From: the human T2T-CHM13v2.0 reference genome, Homo sapiens
Length of the DNA stretch: 64,000 bases
Strand: one strand, 5' to 3'
NCBI RefSeq assembly: GCF_009914755.1
Contig: NC_060942.1
Each line of letters starts with the position of its first letter. The stretch's first letter is position 1. The notes under the pieces were generated by a model. The model saw nothing but the letters and a program-made list of their open reading frames with translations. It ran no database searches and was not told where the DNA came from. Below are positions 43,206 to 57,980 of the stretch, one piece after another. The translations under genes and the position numbers were made by a program.

Positions 43206-46200
43206 CTGTTTGAATAAAGGGGGTTGGGTTGGAGAAGAGGAAGTAGACAGTTTCCAAAAAGGCAAGTTAGGAAGGGAGTTCTTTCATTGTATTATCTCTA
43301 TCTATCTATCATCTCATATATTCTCATAATATTCATTCATTTTCTTCCTGAAGGAGTAAATTATTGTTTATGCATTTGAAAAATGATCTGAAACTACCTC
43401 AAAATTTAGTTTTTTCCAAAGAGCTCAGATTTTCTGAAACTTTGGGGTTAACTTTGGTGTTTATATAACTCAAATGTTCTTCATTTCTACAAACACAGAG
43501 CATACAAGAACAATATAAAGGTATTCGTTCTTGGCATTTAAACCATGTTTATGTTGGTATCAAAAAGTGGGTATTTAAAATAAAACATTAAGAAATTTTT
43601 AAAAATTTAAAATTTCTATTTCTGACAAGTATCTTATTGTATTCCCCATTTAGGTGCTGCCTGTTACAGAGTAGTGAAATGCATACAATGTCACTGCATT
43701 AGCCACTAATTTAAATAAACCCAGTTATACTTAGATGGATTGATTTATTGCCCACAAATAAAGAAAAAATACTCAATGGCTTTATTTGAACTTTTATAAC
43801 ATGGTTAATAATTTTTTAAAGTCAATTTCAAAATATCTTGCTGGAAAATTAAGTATATCAATTCATACTTTAACATAAAAAATTAAGAAATATTAAGTAT
43901 TTCATGTTAGGAATTAGGTTTTTGCTTTTTAACTTCTTTTTATTTTTTTCTCTAGTATTAAATAGGCACAATTCAGGTGGCAATACATTAGCTACCAAGC
44001 CTAAGTTGAACCAAGCGTTCAACTTCACAGAGCAGGGACAGAAAGGATATTCTGGAAGATTAACTGAAAAATAACGATGGAAAGTTCAAGGTTTCTAGAA
44101 GAATGGAACTTTTAAAATACATCTTATCATTACAAACAATGTAATTTTATGAGAGCTATTTAAAATTTCTTTTTGTCTAAAAATCTACCAGTACTACATT
44201 TAATCATTTGTTTGCAAGAGATTGTAGGGGAACATCTGGAATATTCTGCAGGACCTACCCTGACAGATTTTGATAGTATCATTCTCAAATGACTCTTTCT
44301 AATGAGAAACAAGCCATTTTCAGAGGAGGAAAAAAAAAAACCCAACAACAACAAAAATCTCTATCCCACTGCATTTTGGAGGACGGTATTGGAAAAGATA
44401 AAATGTACCATGTGGAATCATTAAATGTGGATTTTGTTTCTTTTCCTTTTTTTTTTGCTTTTAATCATAGCCTCTTTTGCAAACAGAAATGAGAAACAGG
44501 AAGGAAAGGTCAAAATTATAGGTACTTTTCAGAATAACAGTGCTAGGTCTCTAATTATAATCACTGAGCTAAATATTATTCCTAAGATAAAAGCTTCACA
44601 AAACCCCCAGCGAAACAGTGGTTTTCAGCATATCCTGGTGTCTGAAACCAACTAATTTAAAAAATGCCTCTGTCTTATAATTGAAAATATTAACAGTGTC
44701 TACATTCCAAACTGTGTATGTCCAATAACATAAACAGGTAACATAGGGAGATTTTAAAATGTAATTCTGTATATGGTCAACCTCCCAATACAGTTAGCCT
44801 AGTTAATAGAGAAGTGAAGAGGTACTGATAAAGAAAAGGTGATCTAAAAATTCACTTTTATCAGGGGTTAGGATATAGTCAGATATATAGCCCAACCATT
44901 TCATTTAGTTACTTAAACATTATAAGTTATTAATCTTAATATCATAATTGGAAAACAAGGCCCTATACTGGCGCACAAAATTCATAACAGTGTCATTTCC
45001 TGTTGGGTGATTAAAGGTTTCTACAAATAAAATTTAGGGAATGGGTAAATTTGCAAATACAGAATTTGCAAATCATGGGAACTGACTATAGTAATCATCT
45101 AGCTCAAGGAATTACTGTACAGTGAACACGCCTGTAAAACTATCACTCATATGAAAGAGAGGACAATATCGGCGCAGAATACATACTAGCAGATACTGCT
45201 TTTTTACTGTGATTTGGAAACTTTTGGTATTCAAGTAACCACTAAGGAATATAACTCTAACATGGACAAGGCTTAGATGCATCATGAAAGTCTGTCATGG
45301 GAAAGGTCTGTGGACAGAGGATGTACCTGGCACGCTGTACATACCACATGTCTACCCTTCCTATGTTTGGTGGGCCCTGTGTGTGGGTTTATTTGCCTAT
45401 TTTCTAAAGCAAATGAGATTTAGATATTATTTGCTGCTTTGGGGCATCCTTGCTACTTGTCTGCTGTTAACTCAAATATCTGAAACTTGAAACAATCGGC
45501 AATCAAATTTTCCATTTTATATAGGAAACAAACATAAAATTCTCAGAACATAACATCATTATTAGCTTGCTGTATATAATTCTAACTATAATTTTCTTTG
45601 AATTGTTCATAAATTGGTAGCATTTTATAGAAATAATTATTATAACAATTTAACTACTATAGATACAACAGTATAAAGAAAAAAGATGGTAACATTAAAA
45701 CTCAAGAAATCTTTAGTTTTTTTCTTCAAAGTACCATTTTGTCACTGAGACCAAAAAAAAAAAAAAAACAACAACAACTAAGCTTTGGGAAGTCATAAGT
45801 TTGGGGTCACCAAATCTAAGTTTCTTTCTGATTCTGACACAAAATAACCACTACTTTATTAGAGATGTCAATTTTAAAAATTGAGTTAAATATTTCCATT
45901 TGGAAGTAACTGGATTTCTTTCTAAACTGGTTGACTACTGTTTAATTGAAGTAGGCTTTATTATAAAATAGAGTAATATCAAATTAGTAACTTATTTTAA
46001 AAAATATCCCCTCCAAAATAAAAATCGTTTGGTTATATATTTATAAACCAGTATGTTTTCTATGTGCATAACATACAAACAATTAAAAAAAGGATAAAAT
46101 TATCTTTTGTGCTTTTCACACACAAAAATAACAGAAGCCATGGTTTTAATATAGAAATAGGCAATAATTTAGAGCAAAAGAACTTTCTGGTTTGTTCTGA

Positions 46201-47707
46201 AGGCTACCTACAGGGCCCTCAATTGGAGTATAAACTTGATGTCATCGATGACTATGAGGTCCTGGAGAAGAGTAGAAGAGAGGACAGGCCACTCTGCCTG
46301 GCCCTGCTGCCATGGGGAGCACAGCACCCTGACACCTAAAGAGATCCCTTTTCCCCTGGGACTTGAAGCTCCTTTGAGATGCTTTTCAGGGCTCCTTTGA
46401 TAAGCAGGGTTAATCAGCCCTGTTTCTAACAAGTTCTCTATATCTAGTCAAGCTCTTTCTGCTATGTCTCCATTCACAGTGTGACGGAGCACTGAGGGAC
46501 TGCAAAACAACCCTGCAGACGCTGAAAGCAGTGAGTATGCCAGCCTTTGCTCTTCTCCAGTTTAAATAACCAAACTGCTTTGCCATTCTGCAGAGGGCAT
46601 GTTTTTCTTCCTTAATTATGCTGAAAAAATCCTTTCCTGGCCTTCTCCAGTTTTTCTGCACTAACACAGAAAAAGCATTAATATCCAGGGAAAGTTCAGT
46701 ATATTCAAAGTACTCCTTAAATTATTAACATCCTTGGGCTTATCAAATGTTAATTCTCTAATGTTTAGGGTATTATAAATGTAAAAAAAACATATCTTAC
46801 TAGTCTAATAGCCTGGACTTATGAAGTTCCCTTGTTTATCAGCACCACCCTTTAAATTCTCTAAGTTGTTCCCTAAACTTTCATTCAAAGTGGCGATCAC
46901 TTAGCATTTAGTTTTGCTCTGTTTTGTTTTGTTTGGGTTGGCTATTTAGTTTGTGTTTTTGTAACTTAATCCAGTATCTGATATCTTTAGAGCCAGTAAA
47001 TTATTTCCAAAAGAGGTAGTAGAAATAGGATAAGCCAAACTTAACCAATTACAATAAAATTCATGAGAGCATAACTGAATATTGTAAGGACTATTATATT
47101 TAAATCAATCAATGTGAAATTTGTCTCTTGAAACTCAGTAGTTTGAATGGAACTGAAGTGTAATGGTACAAGAATATGGTGGTAGTCGTACTTTTCACTT
47201 ATTCTGCATAAAAGGGTCCTTTTTAAGTCATTCAAATGGATATAGACCTATTTCTTATTAGCTAGGTTTGGGATTGTCATGAACATAGTGATAATGAGTT
47301 CTTGATTACTTTTGATAAACAGCTTTCAAAGGTTTAGAACATGATCAACAATAAGTGTAATTGAATTCTTATTTTTACTGCAAGGACTTAAGCACTGCAT
47401 ATAGACCACTGTTTAAAGAATTTTTCTCTCACCAAAGCCTAAGTTTTAATGTTCCATTCTGTGTCAGCTTCCTGAACAGATATTTCCCAATAAAGTGGTC
47501 TTACAGAAAAGGTTAACCAATACAATGCTAAAAAAGATGCAGTTTTCAAAAACTACTTTTTTTGAAACAGAGATAAAGCAACATGATGTCTAACAGTAGA
47601 CAGTCAAGTTAGCACTACAGTAATTTTTGGTTCCCACACAATGGGAGCCCTGAAGTAACACCAGCTGAATCCTCAGAGTCTTTGGTTGTACATTTAAAAA
47701 GAGCTTC

Positions 47708-47995
47708 CTTGGGAGGCTGAGGTGGTGAATCTTTTGAGGTCAGGAGTTTGAGATCAGCCTGACCAACATGTTGAAATCCCACTTCTATTAAAAATACAAA
47801 AAAATTAGCCAAGTGTGGTGGTGCCTGCTTGTAGTCCCAGCTACCCAGGAGGCTGAGGCAGGAGGATCACTTAAACCCAGGAGGCGGAGGTCACACCACT
47901 GCACTTCAGCATGGGCGACAGAGAGAAACACCATCTCAAAAACAAACAAACAAACAAACAAAAACAAAAAAAACTATGTCTCAAAAAAAAAAAAA
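47708..47995 (+). mobile_element. Alu (5'-truncated, internal deletion)
   Basis: ttgggaggctgagg start, (AAAC)n tail with duplicated tctcaaaaa. Confidence 0.85.
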
Positions 47996-48103
47996 TCTCT
48001 TTAAATGTACAGCCAAAGAGTGTGAAATAACCTTACTTAAAAAAAAAAATTTCTGGCCACTACTTTCCCCATAAAACATCTACTAGGAACCGATTATAAA
48101 TTT

Positions 48104-48457
<354 letters not shown>

Positions 48458-48936
48458 TTATAAATAAAAATCAAATAAAACTCTTGTTATATCAATAAAA
48501 GCCTGGTGTAATATCTCAGAGTAAAATTGTCCTGAAATGCTATCAACTTCAGGTTACCATTTAGTCAAACAATCTCAATGGGCCTCAAGCAAAAGTAGAA
48601 AGCATATGCGGAAAAAGTGTCAATGCATGAAGAGAATACCCTGATTTCTCTCAGCTATAAATCTAGGTTTATGGTCAGAATCAGCTGATTTTTCACGATA
48701 GTCTCCCTGTGGCTTCCCGCCCTAAGAACCATCTGATGCTATTACTCACTCCTCAGCCACTTTAACCATTTTATTTTGCAGTTTTCTGTTGGAGCACTGA
48801 GCATCTCAGCTCAGGTTAAACATAGGTAGGAAGAGAGATTTTCTACCCAGAAGACTGTCAAATGCAATTCCACACCCTGTAGAGAAGGAAGGCGGGTAAA
48901 CAGAATACGAGTCTGACCACAAACCTGACTACTGAC

Positions 48937-49128
48937 CTCTTCAGGGACAAGTGGTTCGATCATGGGGGCATCCTCCTGCCTGGCGGCCAGTCGCACGGGG
49001 GAGGTGGAAAGCCTCTTCTCCCATTCATTCGTTACGGCAGTGTCTGTTGAGGTTTCTAAGAAGGTTCTTTTCAGCTCGCTAATGTTGGTTTGATGTTTCA
49101 TCAGGTCATCTTGAGTTTTTTCTAGCTC
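48937..49128 (-). CDS. EPB41L3: 4.1B SAB exon ELEKTQDDLMKHQTNISELKRTFLE...EWEKRLSTSP...PLVPEE
   Basis: 192 nt, atag|GAG and GAG|gtcagt; SAB-domain signature. Confidence 0.97.
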
Positions 49129-49596
49129 CTATATTCAGAACATAAAGTATCCAACAGTCAATGTTTTACATTTGTGTTCCTTTCAGCTCTTTTGTTTGCT
49201 TTAAAAGTAATGTCAATCTTATTAGTAGTCAAAATAAAACAAAATTTTGATCAAGGCTCATGGCACTACCACAAACACTCTGGTGAAAATGTGATTTTCC
49301 CATGGAAAGGAAACAGAAAAAAAAATCTAGTTCACACAAACATGAATACCAAAAGAATTTTAGAAGGCAAACTATAAAGAGTACAATTCACATGTATCCT
49401 GAGAGAATTAAAATAAATATACACACAGGAAAAGGGATCTATATCTAGGAGCGAATAACAAATCAGAAGCTGAGAAGTCATCCCCACTTATTAATGGATG
49501 AGCACACAGTTCATGCATCACAATACGAGCCCACAGGTATTACACTAAAAGAAAAACAACACACACAGACATGCACTGGTATATACCAATACCAAC

Positions 49597-49662
49597 CTCT
49601 AACATAAGATTACTATGTTTGACATACACATTTTCACCCTTTATTCGTTTAATCAGACTATT
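49597..49662 (-). CDS. EPB41L3: 4.1B SAB cassette exon NSLIKRIKGENVYVKHSNLMLE (paralogue of 4.1R exon 16)
   Basis: 66 nt, tttttcag|AAT and GAG|gttggt; similar to 4.1R ...GENIYIRHSNLMLE. Confidence 0.9.
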
Positions 49663-49860
49663 CTGAAAAAAGTGGAGAAGAAAGGGAAAAGTAAAGGACA
49701 CAGTTGTCAAGGGAACAAATGCCAACCTACACACTGCACCAACAACATGGTAACCAGCTACAGAGCATGCTGAAAGATCTGAACGCTGTAGACAAACAAT
49801 GACTTATCACACACTGTTGTTTTGTTGTTGTTGTTGTTTGTTTTATTTTTAATTTTCTAC

Positions 49861-49896
49861 CTGTGCCTTGAGCTCTGCATCTTCCTCCTGGTCCGA
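49861..49896 (-). CDS. EPB41L3: 4.1B 36-nt exon SDQEEDAELKAQ
   Basis: ggcag|TCG and CAG|gtagaa. Confidence 0.92.
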
Positions 49897-50408
49897 CTGC
49901 CAGCATCAAGAAAGAGTGGGAAATAAAGTCTTACATGCAATTTACTCTAAGATTGAAGAACTATGGTCTACATAGACTTGCTAAATGTGGGCACGTGTAT
50001 GCTCTTGCATATGGATGCCACTTCTTTCTTATACACAAACCACAACATTCTCACACACAATTAGGAAGCTTGATAAGAATATAGGAATATAGGAGTGGAA
50101 GAATTCTTGCCTGGTGGGTCTTTGGCATTTTGACCAGCAGACACACGTGGTTGAGAAGGTGACAGCAAGGGTGTGGCAGGTTGTTCTTGATGAACATTAG
50201 AAATAGTTCAGGAAGTGGGGGGAGCCAGATTAAAATTAAAATTTGTAAGAATAGCTATGATGACACAATAATGAGAGCTCACATGTAGTGTATGAATCCC
50301 GCCCTATGAGGTTAGTGATTATGATTCCCAATTTGTAGACCAGAGAACCCATGCTCAAAGAATATGAAGAATTTTACACAGAGGTTCCCACATTTTAAAG
50401 TTTCTTGA

Positions 50409-50757
<349 letters not shown>

Positions 50758-52412
50758 TAAAAACAAATTTGGGAGGGGAGAAGACAAATATGGGGCAACT
50801 AAGAAAGTTTTTTTTTTTTTTTAAAAGAAGTCAGCTACTATTAACAACAGCATGATTTCTTTTAAAGGTTTTAGATGGGACAATTTTTGAAATTTGAAAA
50901 AATACAGTTATCCCAAAGCCACCTCATTCTCCTGATTTTTCTAATTTCAAGGAGTGGTCTAATCCCTGGACTGCTGTCTGAGTATCAGTAATTAGTAAGC
51001 AGGCCAAGCCACATGTGCATGTAGCAGCAAAGCTGTGTCTCTCACTATGGCTCTTGGACTCAGGACTGGGGCTTTATGCCCTTGTGCTAGAAGAGGAGAC
51101 CCAGAATGAAATTCTAGGTGAGAAAAGGATCACACTGAGTCAGGTGCCTTAAGAAAATAATTTAGTCTATCTAGGTCTCCCTCTTCTTATTTGCCAATGG
51201 GACAAGACTGCTTACTCTTCATATTCTACACTGACCACTGTTGTGCTGGCCACCTATAGATGGGACAGAGTTTCATCAGTATCACGGGGCAAACAGGAAA
51301 TTTAAACACAGTGCTAATGTGCTGGTGACACACCCATTCTTCAGTGCATAGGGGGTTCACAGCTCTTCACTTTATTTTTAAGCTTCAAAGCCTACCTATG
51401 TTATAGGTACTCCCTTGCATGCTTTAAATGTTACATAATACATTTTAAAACTACTGTAGAAGTTTAAGGTATTATTATTAAAATATTTTTCATTTATAGC
51501 ACACATTAAGATTCCAATGAAATTTACTGGATGTACTACCCTGTGGCTACATGTAACTAACTCTTATAAAATCAAGGTGTAGCTTTGTTATAGTTGGCAA
51601 AGAAAATTACCAACTTGTAATAGATTTATATATGATTGCTTAAAAGAATCTGCATAATAGTTTTAACAATATCATCTTTAATGTTAAAAACTTATGATTT
51701 TCAAGCTTTGGATTGAACTCTGGCATTTCTAAAGGAAGAAACCTAATAAAACGCCATCGCAAAAGATTTTTTCTGAAGATATTTTCAATTAAGTGATATA
51801 CAGATACCACTTACAATATTTTTAGTTTTTTCTAAATACCCAACTAGAAAATATTATTATAATAGGATGATGCAAAAAAAAAAACATATAAACAACCTAA
51901 AATAAACATTATTACAAAGTAAAAACTAAATTCTGCTAGTAAAAAGTAGCCGAATTAACATCAATAAATGTCTTGACTTCCATTAGTACAGATATTATTT
52001 TTAAAGATATTTTAACTACTTAATGGTAGAGAAGATTTGAAAAACAATATAAGCCACACACACACATTTAATGTGTTTCTTTAACCCTAAAGAAAAAAGG
52101 AGAAATAACAGTATATCTTCTATCACTGTTTAATGTGATTATATTTTTTAAAAATAAAGTACTAACAGTAATTTAAAAATTCATTTCTTATGAGTGACCG
52201 AGGCTACAGTCAAAGGCTACAAAAATGAGTCAGGTAAGTCTTATTTTAACAATAATTATTTCACCATTGGGGAATTAAAAATATATCTGTATCAAGCCAA
52301 AATACTAGTTAATTGTGACCTTCTTCCCATTCATTCTATTATACATCTGTAGCCTCTCATTTGAGATAGAATTTTTTTCTAAAAAAAAAAAAAATGTATT
52401 ATCAGTCTAGGC

Positions 52413-52575
52413 AAGTGGTTCTCAAAATATGTCCTAAGATGTGCAGAGTCAATATCGCCTGGGAACTTGTTAGAAATATAAATCCTCAAGTCCACCCCCA
52501 GCTCTTCTGAATGAGAAACATGAGGCTGGAATCCTCCAGGTAATTCTGATGTAGGCCAGAGTTTAAGAACCACTG
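52413..52575. mobile_element. MER5A-like hAT-Charlie DNA transposon
   Basis: agtggttctcaaa ... tttaagaaccactg terminal inverted repeats, cctgggaacttgttagaaat. Confidence 0.8.
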
Positions 52576-52728
52576 GTCTAGACAACAAAATACATATTTA
52601 ACTCCAACTGTTAAAGTTAGAACTGATCTCCATTACAACAGCTCATATGTGGAGTTCTTAAACACAGAGCCACCCCACAAGGCATTTTCGGTATGCCACT
52701 ACCAGCCACTCTCAGCCAAAATACCAAC

Positions 52729-52782
52729 CTCAGTGGCGGTGGTCTCCCCGTCGGCTGCGGTGTCCGTGCGCTCACTGTCAGT
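52729..52782 (-). CDS. EPB41L3: 4.1B 54-nt exon TDSERTDTAADGETTATE
   Basis: caacag|ACT and GAG|gttggt; CpG-rich coding island in an AT-rich intron. Confidence 0.93.
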
Positions 52783-54370
52783 CTGTTGACCACAGAAGTG
52801 ATCAGGTTCCAGGAGGAAGGCAGGGACAGAAAGTAAACCATCTGGTTAAACACGCTCTGGCACAGGTCAGACAGGTCATTTTCTTTCTCTGTGATTTCTC
52901 TGTGTCACACTACCTTCTCACAAGAACACAAGTTCAAGCAAAGCAACAGAAGGGCCAGAGCTAGGTGTCATCAACAGAGCCAACTCATAGGAATACCTGA
53001 GGCACACTCAGCCTGCAGGAGCTGGGGAGCCACACTGACCTGTCTGGTTCTATGTCTCAGGGAAACCGATTTGTCATCCCCACACCCTTCCTCCAACTTT
53101 TAACTAAAAACCTCAAGCAACATCTCCTTAAAATGTTTAATGCAAATAAAATTGATGTTTATATATATTTTATTCTAGTAATATTTCATATTTGAAAGGT
53201 AAATGAAAATGTCAATTTACAGAAAAAGCTACTGTAACAGTCACTGGACTTTCAGCCTCTCATTTATACCATTATGATAATTTATATCCATCTAGGGCCA
53301 TCAGGCTGTCTGCATTACCTGTCAATTATAAAAGGCACATGCCAGTGACTCACAGGCATATATTTTTTATGGGAAAAACATAACTCAATTTTCAAGTAGC
53401 GTTGCTAACTAGGTATTTTTTAAGACTAAATGTTATGTTTATTTTGCCCCACCCTCCAATATAAAGAAGTATATTAAAGTATGTGTTTGAACATCTTGCT
53501 CCAAAAATACCATTCAAATGAAGCAAATAAGAAGAAGAATTGTTAAAACAATAGACAGAGAAAGAGAAAGAGAGAAACATCTACTTAGAAACAAATAAAA
53601 CAAAGCACAGCATTTGACAGAGCCTAGGTTTTGAGGAGAATGAGAACAGTAATTTCAGGACTGGTTTTTAATCTGTTTCACAGGGGTTTATGGCTTAAAA
53701 ACTGTTTTCTCTCGAGTAGAGTAGAGCTGTGGACATCTAAATGCCCTAATATTAACTGACTTTCCCTCCACAGATATCAACTAATCATTAATAAAGTTCC
53801 CTTGATCAAATATCTGTGATTAATATTTTGAAAACAAAAATGAAAATGGGAGGCGAGTCTATGATGGTGAATCTGGTTCTTAAAATAACCTCCCACTACA
53901 AAGAACAAGAAATGTCAGGAAGGGGCAACTGGGACAGTGTTGTTTCCACTGACAAAACTAAACTCTGGCTATGCTGATTTCTTGGCACTAGCCACATGTT
54001 TCATGTTACGTACTCCTAAAAGAAAGGGAGGCTGAACACATGCTCAGCACATGTACCTGAGGACACCATTCTGGCACCCTTGCTACCAAGTCTAAGTGGA
54101 AAATAATTTTCTGTAGGTTGGTAAGGAAAGCGTGTTGACCCATTTTCATGACCTGACCGGCTTGGTTAACAACTGGGGGCAGGAGGTGGCTGTTAATTTT
54201 CATATAAAGGTGATTGTTGCTATGGGATTAGTATGGCTGTACCGAGTGACAGCCCTGGGAAAGGCCAGTTTGAATTAGTAAGAGAGACCAGTTATTTGTT
54301 CAGGTGTACAGAATAACTCAAAGATCTTAGGCTTTCAAGAATAAATAAGAATGACTTGCACTTAGTGTTT

Positions 54371-54690
54371 TATTTTTTTAGACAGGGTCTCGCTCTGTCA
54401 CCCTGGCTGGAGCACAGTAGCACAATCTTGGCTCACTGCAACCTCCGCCTCCTGGGTTCAAGTGATTCTCACACCTCAGCCTCCCTAGTGGGACTAGGGA
54501 GGACTCCCTATAGTCCTAGCTGGGACTATAGGTGCATGCCACCATGCCTGGCTAATTTTTGTACTTTTAGTAGAGGCAGGGTTTCACCATGTTGGCCAGG
54601 CTGGTCTCAAACTCCTGACCTCAAGTGATCCGCCTGCCTCGGCCCCCTAAAGTATTGGGATTACAGGGGTAAGCCACCGCGCGCCCAGCT
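54371..54690 (-). mobile_element. AluS element with a palindromic insertion
   Basis: Antisense dimer; long TSD gaatgacttgca(c/t)ttagtgtt on both sides. Confidence 0.9.
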
Positions 54691-54824
54691 CGAATGACTT
54701 GCATTTAGTGTTCTAATTAGCTGTGTCAAACACTTCTAAAATTTTTGAAAGTGCTTCTCCTCCTATTTAGCTTATTTCCCTTGTGGTTTTAAAATTTACT
54801 TCAGTAACTTGCAAGCATTTTAGC

Positions 54825-55025
54825 ATTAGGGGACAGTGGTCGTTAAGAGGGAAAGGTTTAACGTCAGATGAACATGAGCTCAAATCCTTTCTGTTCAAAC
54901 CTGTGGCACATTGGGCACTTTTCATATTTTAATCTCAGTTTCCTTCCCATAAAATGGGGAAAATAACAGCCCTAACTGTATTGGGTAATGGATAGTAAGT
55001 GCTCTATATAATGCCTGACACACTC
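54825..55025 (+). mobile_element. MIR remnant
   Basis: tctcagtttccttcccataaaatggggaaaataacag core. Confidence 0.6.
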
Positions 55026-57980
55026 AGAGCTAAAAAAAAAAAAAAAAAATGCCTATAACAATTATATTATATAATTATTCCTATTTTTCTCAGCCATACA
55101 CAAATAGCATAGTCCACATATAAAATTTCTTGAATTCCTACTTAGCATTTAGTCAGTCAGTCAGTAGTATAGTGCCTGATCAACAGTCAATAAATGAATA
55201 AGGCTGAATAAAACAGTTTTTATAGCAACTGGTATTTCTATAATGTATGATGACTACATAAAACTGCAAATATATAACATATCATAAACTATCATATAAT
55301 ACTGTTTATGTAATTTAAAATGTTATAAATCAGTTAATTTTTCTTCCTCTTTATTTGAACTTATCTCTATTTTTCTTTGTATTATCAAAAAATTACTCAG
55401 AAATACACATGTAATTGCATTTTATGGTTTGGGGAGGTAAGTTCATCTCATGTTTCTTGATAGGATATTTTGATATCCTGCCCCTTATTTGACCATTCTG
55501 AAAGTACAAAAGAAAAAACATGACTGGTCAACAGCTTTATAATGTGAAATATTGAAGCCTTTTTATACTGGATTTCACTCTTAGAAAGGCTGGAAATAAG
55601 CCACCATAACATGTTAAAAAAGTAAGCAATGATGATACAATATTTAAAAAGAATTAATTAGTAGTGACTTGGCAAAACGAAAGTGACAAGGCTGAATTGT
55701 ATGTTAAGAAGTCACTCAGTGTAGCTGCCACAGTGCTTGAGGCCTAGAGATTAAATCAGGCCATGTAAGCAAATGGCAATTTAAATAAAACAGACCAGAA
55801 TGACCTCAATATGAGTTCTCTAGCTCAGCCTGAACTAGAATGCACAGCTCTTAACACTTCAAGAGACAACACTGAACAGATGGCTAGTTACAGAGTCTGA
55901 TGGCAGGAGAGCTATCATATAGGCTGACTAGGGCTGCGGAGAAGGGTGATGAAGACTCCAGTGGTCAGTGCTAATTCATGGTTTTGGAGGTTTGCAATAA
56001 CAAGGACAGTTATGACTGGGAAGCTCCAATCACACGTTCGCTAGCTTGTAACAATTAACTGCTGTGATTTGTTTTGCCAATGTAATGCAGACATGCCCAA
56101 GTTTAACATTAATTCTCATGCACTGATTACAACAAGATGTATACCCTGGATTAGGCACAAGATCTGTGTGGTTTGCTATATAAAAGTTGAAATATTTATT
56201 TTGAATTTAGAAAAGCATAAAACAGCAATCTTTTCTGCCTTATGTTAGCTTGATGACTAACTCGACTGTTAAAGGAAAAATATATCTCCATGTTAGAAAT
56301 CAGCTAATAAATAATAACATTGTATTTGTAGACAATATTGTGTTCTTAACTGTAATATGTTCTAGTCCAACACTATTTGATAATATTGCCAATATGAGAA
56401 ATAGTGATATTAAAGCCTAGGATTTCAAGTAGTTCTCAAAATATTTTCCATGTATAAAAAGTTATTTATATATCAGTTGGAGCAAATCGTTATATATAAC
56501 TCAAGAACCTTGAAAATGTCTCTTATGCAAAATCTATTAAAAGTGTAGACTTTTACTTAAAACACCTGTGAGACCATTCACATTTTTTTCCTTCTGCTGC
56601 AAAGAAATGGTCATAATTCCACTAAATATAGATACTCGCACACCCTCAACATATAATACTATATACTCACAGGTGCAGCTCAAATTATGACTTTCTAGCT
56701 GAGCACAGATTTAGACTTTCTTTCCTTTTTTAGCATTGCCTTGACTTTGTGACTTTAAAAAAAAATGCTAAGCGTATTTTGCTTTTTTCCTATCACAACA
56801 GCTCTTGTTCTGTGGGAACAGGAGGGCTGCAGGGAGCCTGGGGAGAGGAGTGGGGAGGGGCGCGCATGACAGCAGCCAGGGCCTCTGGTGGCAGCTTCTA
56901 TTATTCTTCCCTGCACTCTATTTGAAGCCTGGAGAAAGAGAAACTGCTGGGCTGTTCACTGGGCTGTGTGGCAGTGGGAAAGGAGAACAATTAACAGGAA
57001 AAACTACTGGCTACCATGTCAGCTCGCCCAATTGCTCGAGTCGGGGACAGGAGCCTGCCCTGCAGCAGCATGCCTTCAAGGATGGAGGCTGATAGTTCAG
57101 GGTCTTTCGCCCACTATGTCCATGTCTGGCTGGCAGCCATAGAGGCCCAGCCTCAGCACACTGTGAAAATGGGGGGATTTTGAGACTCATACTGCAGTTG
57201 AAAGAATCGCTGTCATATTATCTGCATTGGCATTGCTAGCACGGTGAAATTTCAGCCTGCCTTTACATTGTTTGAAAACTTCAACTTAGTCCTTTTCTGA
57301 TTGTGTCTGAACACTGCTGCACTGCATGCCGTTGCTTCTGGGCTTGTTTCTGCCCTTACCAATGGCTGATGTCATGTGGGTGCTTTAAACTGCTCTGACA
57401 CAATACAATGCGGGATCTGATTGACTGACCTCTCTGTGAGTAACAATGACTGTCTGGCAATGATGAGCAGAGGGTGGTGGGGACATTTCAGGATCTCCAG
57501 GGAGGAGATACCTTTGCAACTTTAGAAAGCTACCCAGGTGATGATGATACATCCCCTCCGGGGATGCACTCTTCCACCTCTCCTTGACTGTCATTTAAGT
57601 TGAAAACTACTCATCATCTGTCTTATATGTGATTTACCTTATTAAACCATAACTGATCAGAACCTTTAGCTTAGCCCTGATCTTTTACACAGCTGACGGG
57701 TTATATAAAATTGACTTCTGGCTGAGTCTTTCATCCCACGTAGAACTCAGTGGGTAGCAGAACGATTCCGGGTTGGGCTCAGACTGCTACATCCACATGG
57801 TGTTGTGCCTAACCCTGGGGCCCAGGTTGGACTCCCCAACACACAGAAACCTCAACATATTGGCACAGACAATAAATGAGGCTCTGAAAGTAGGACCACT
57901 ATGGCAGCAGCCAGCTAACACTGTTTCGGACTCAAGCACGGAACACGAAGGGGAAGCGTGTTCTATGCCGAGGTACACAC

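Noticed and set aside
52783-52841. Upstream alternative acceptor (aaccag) for the 54-nt exon
   Set aside because: A 59-nt extension shifts the frame, and the pyrimidine tract is poor
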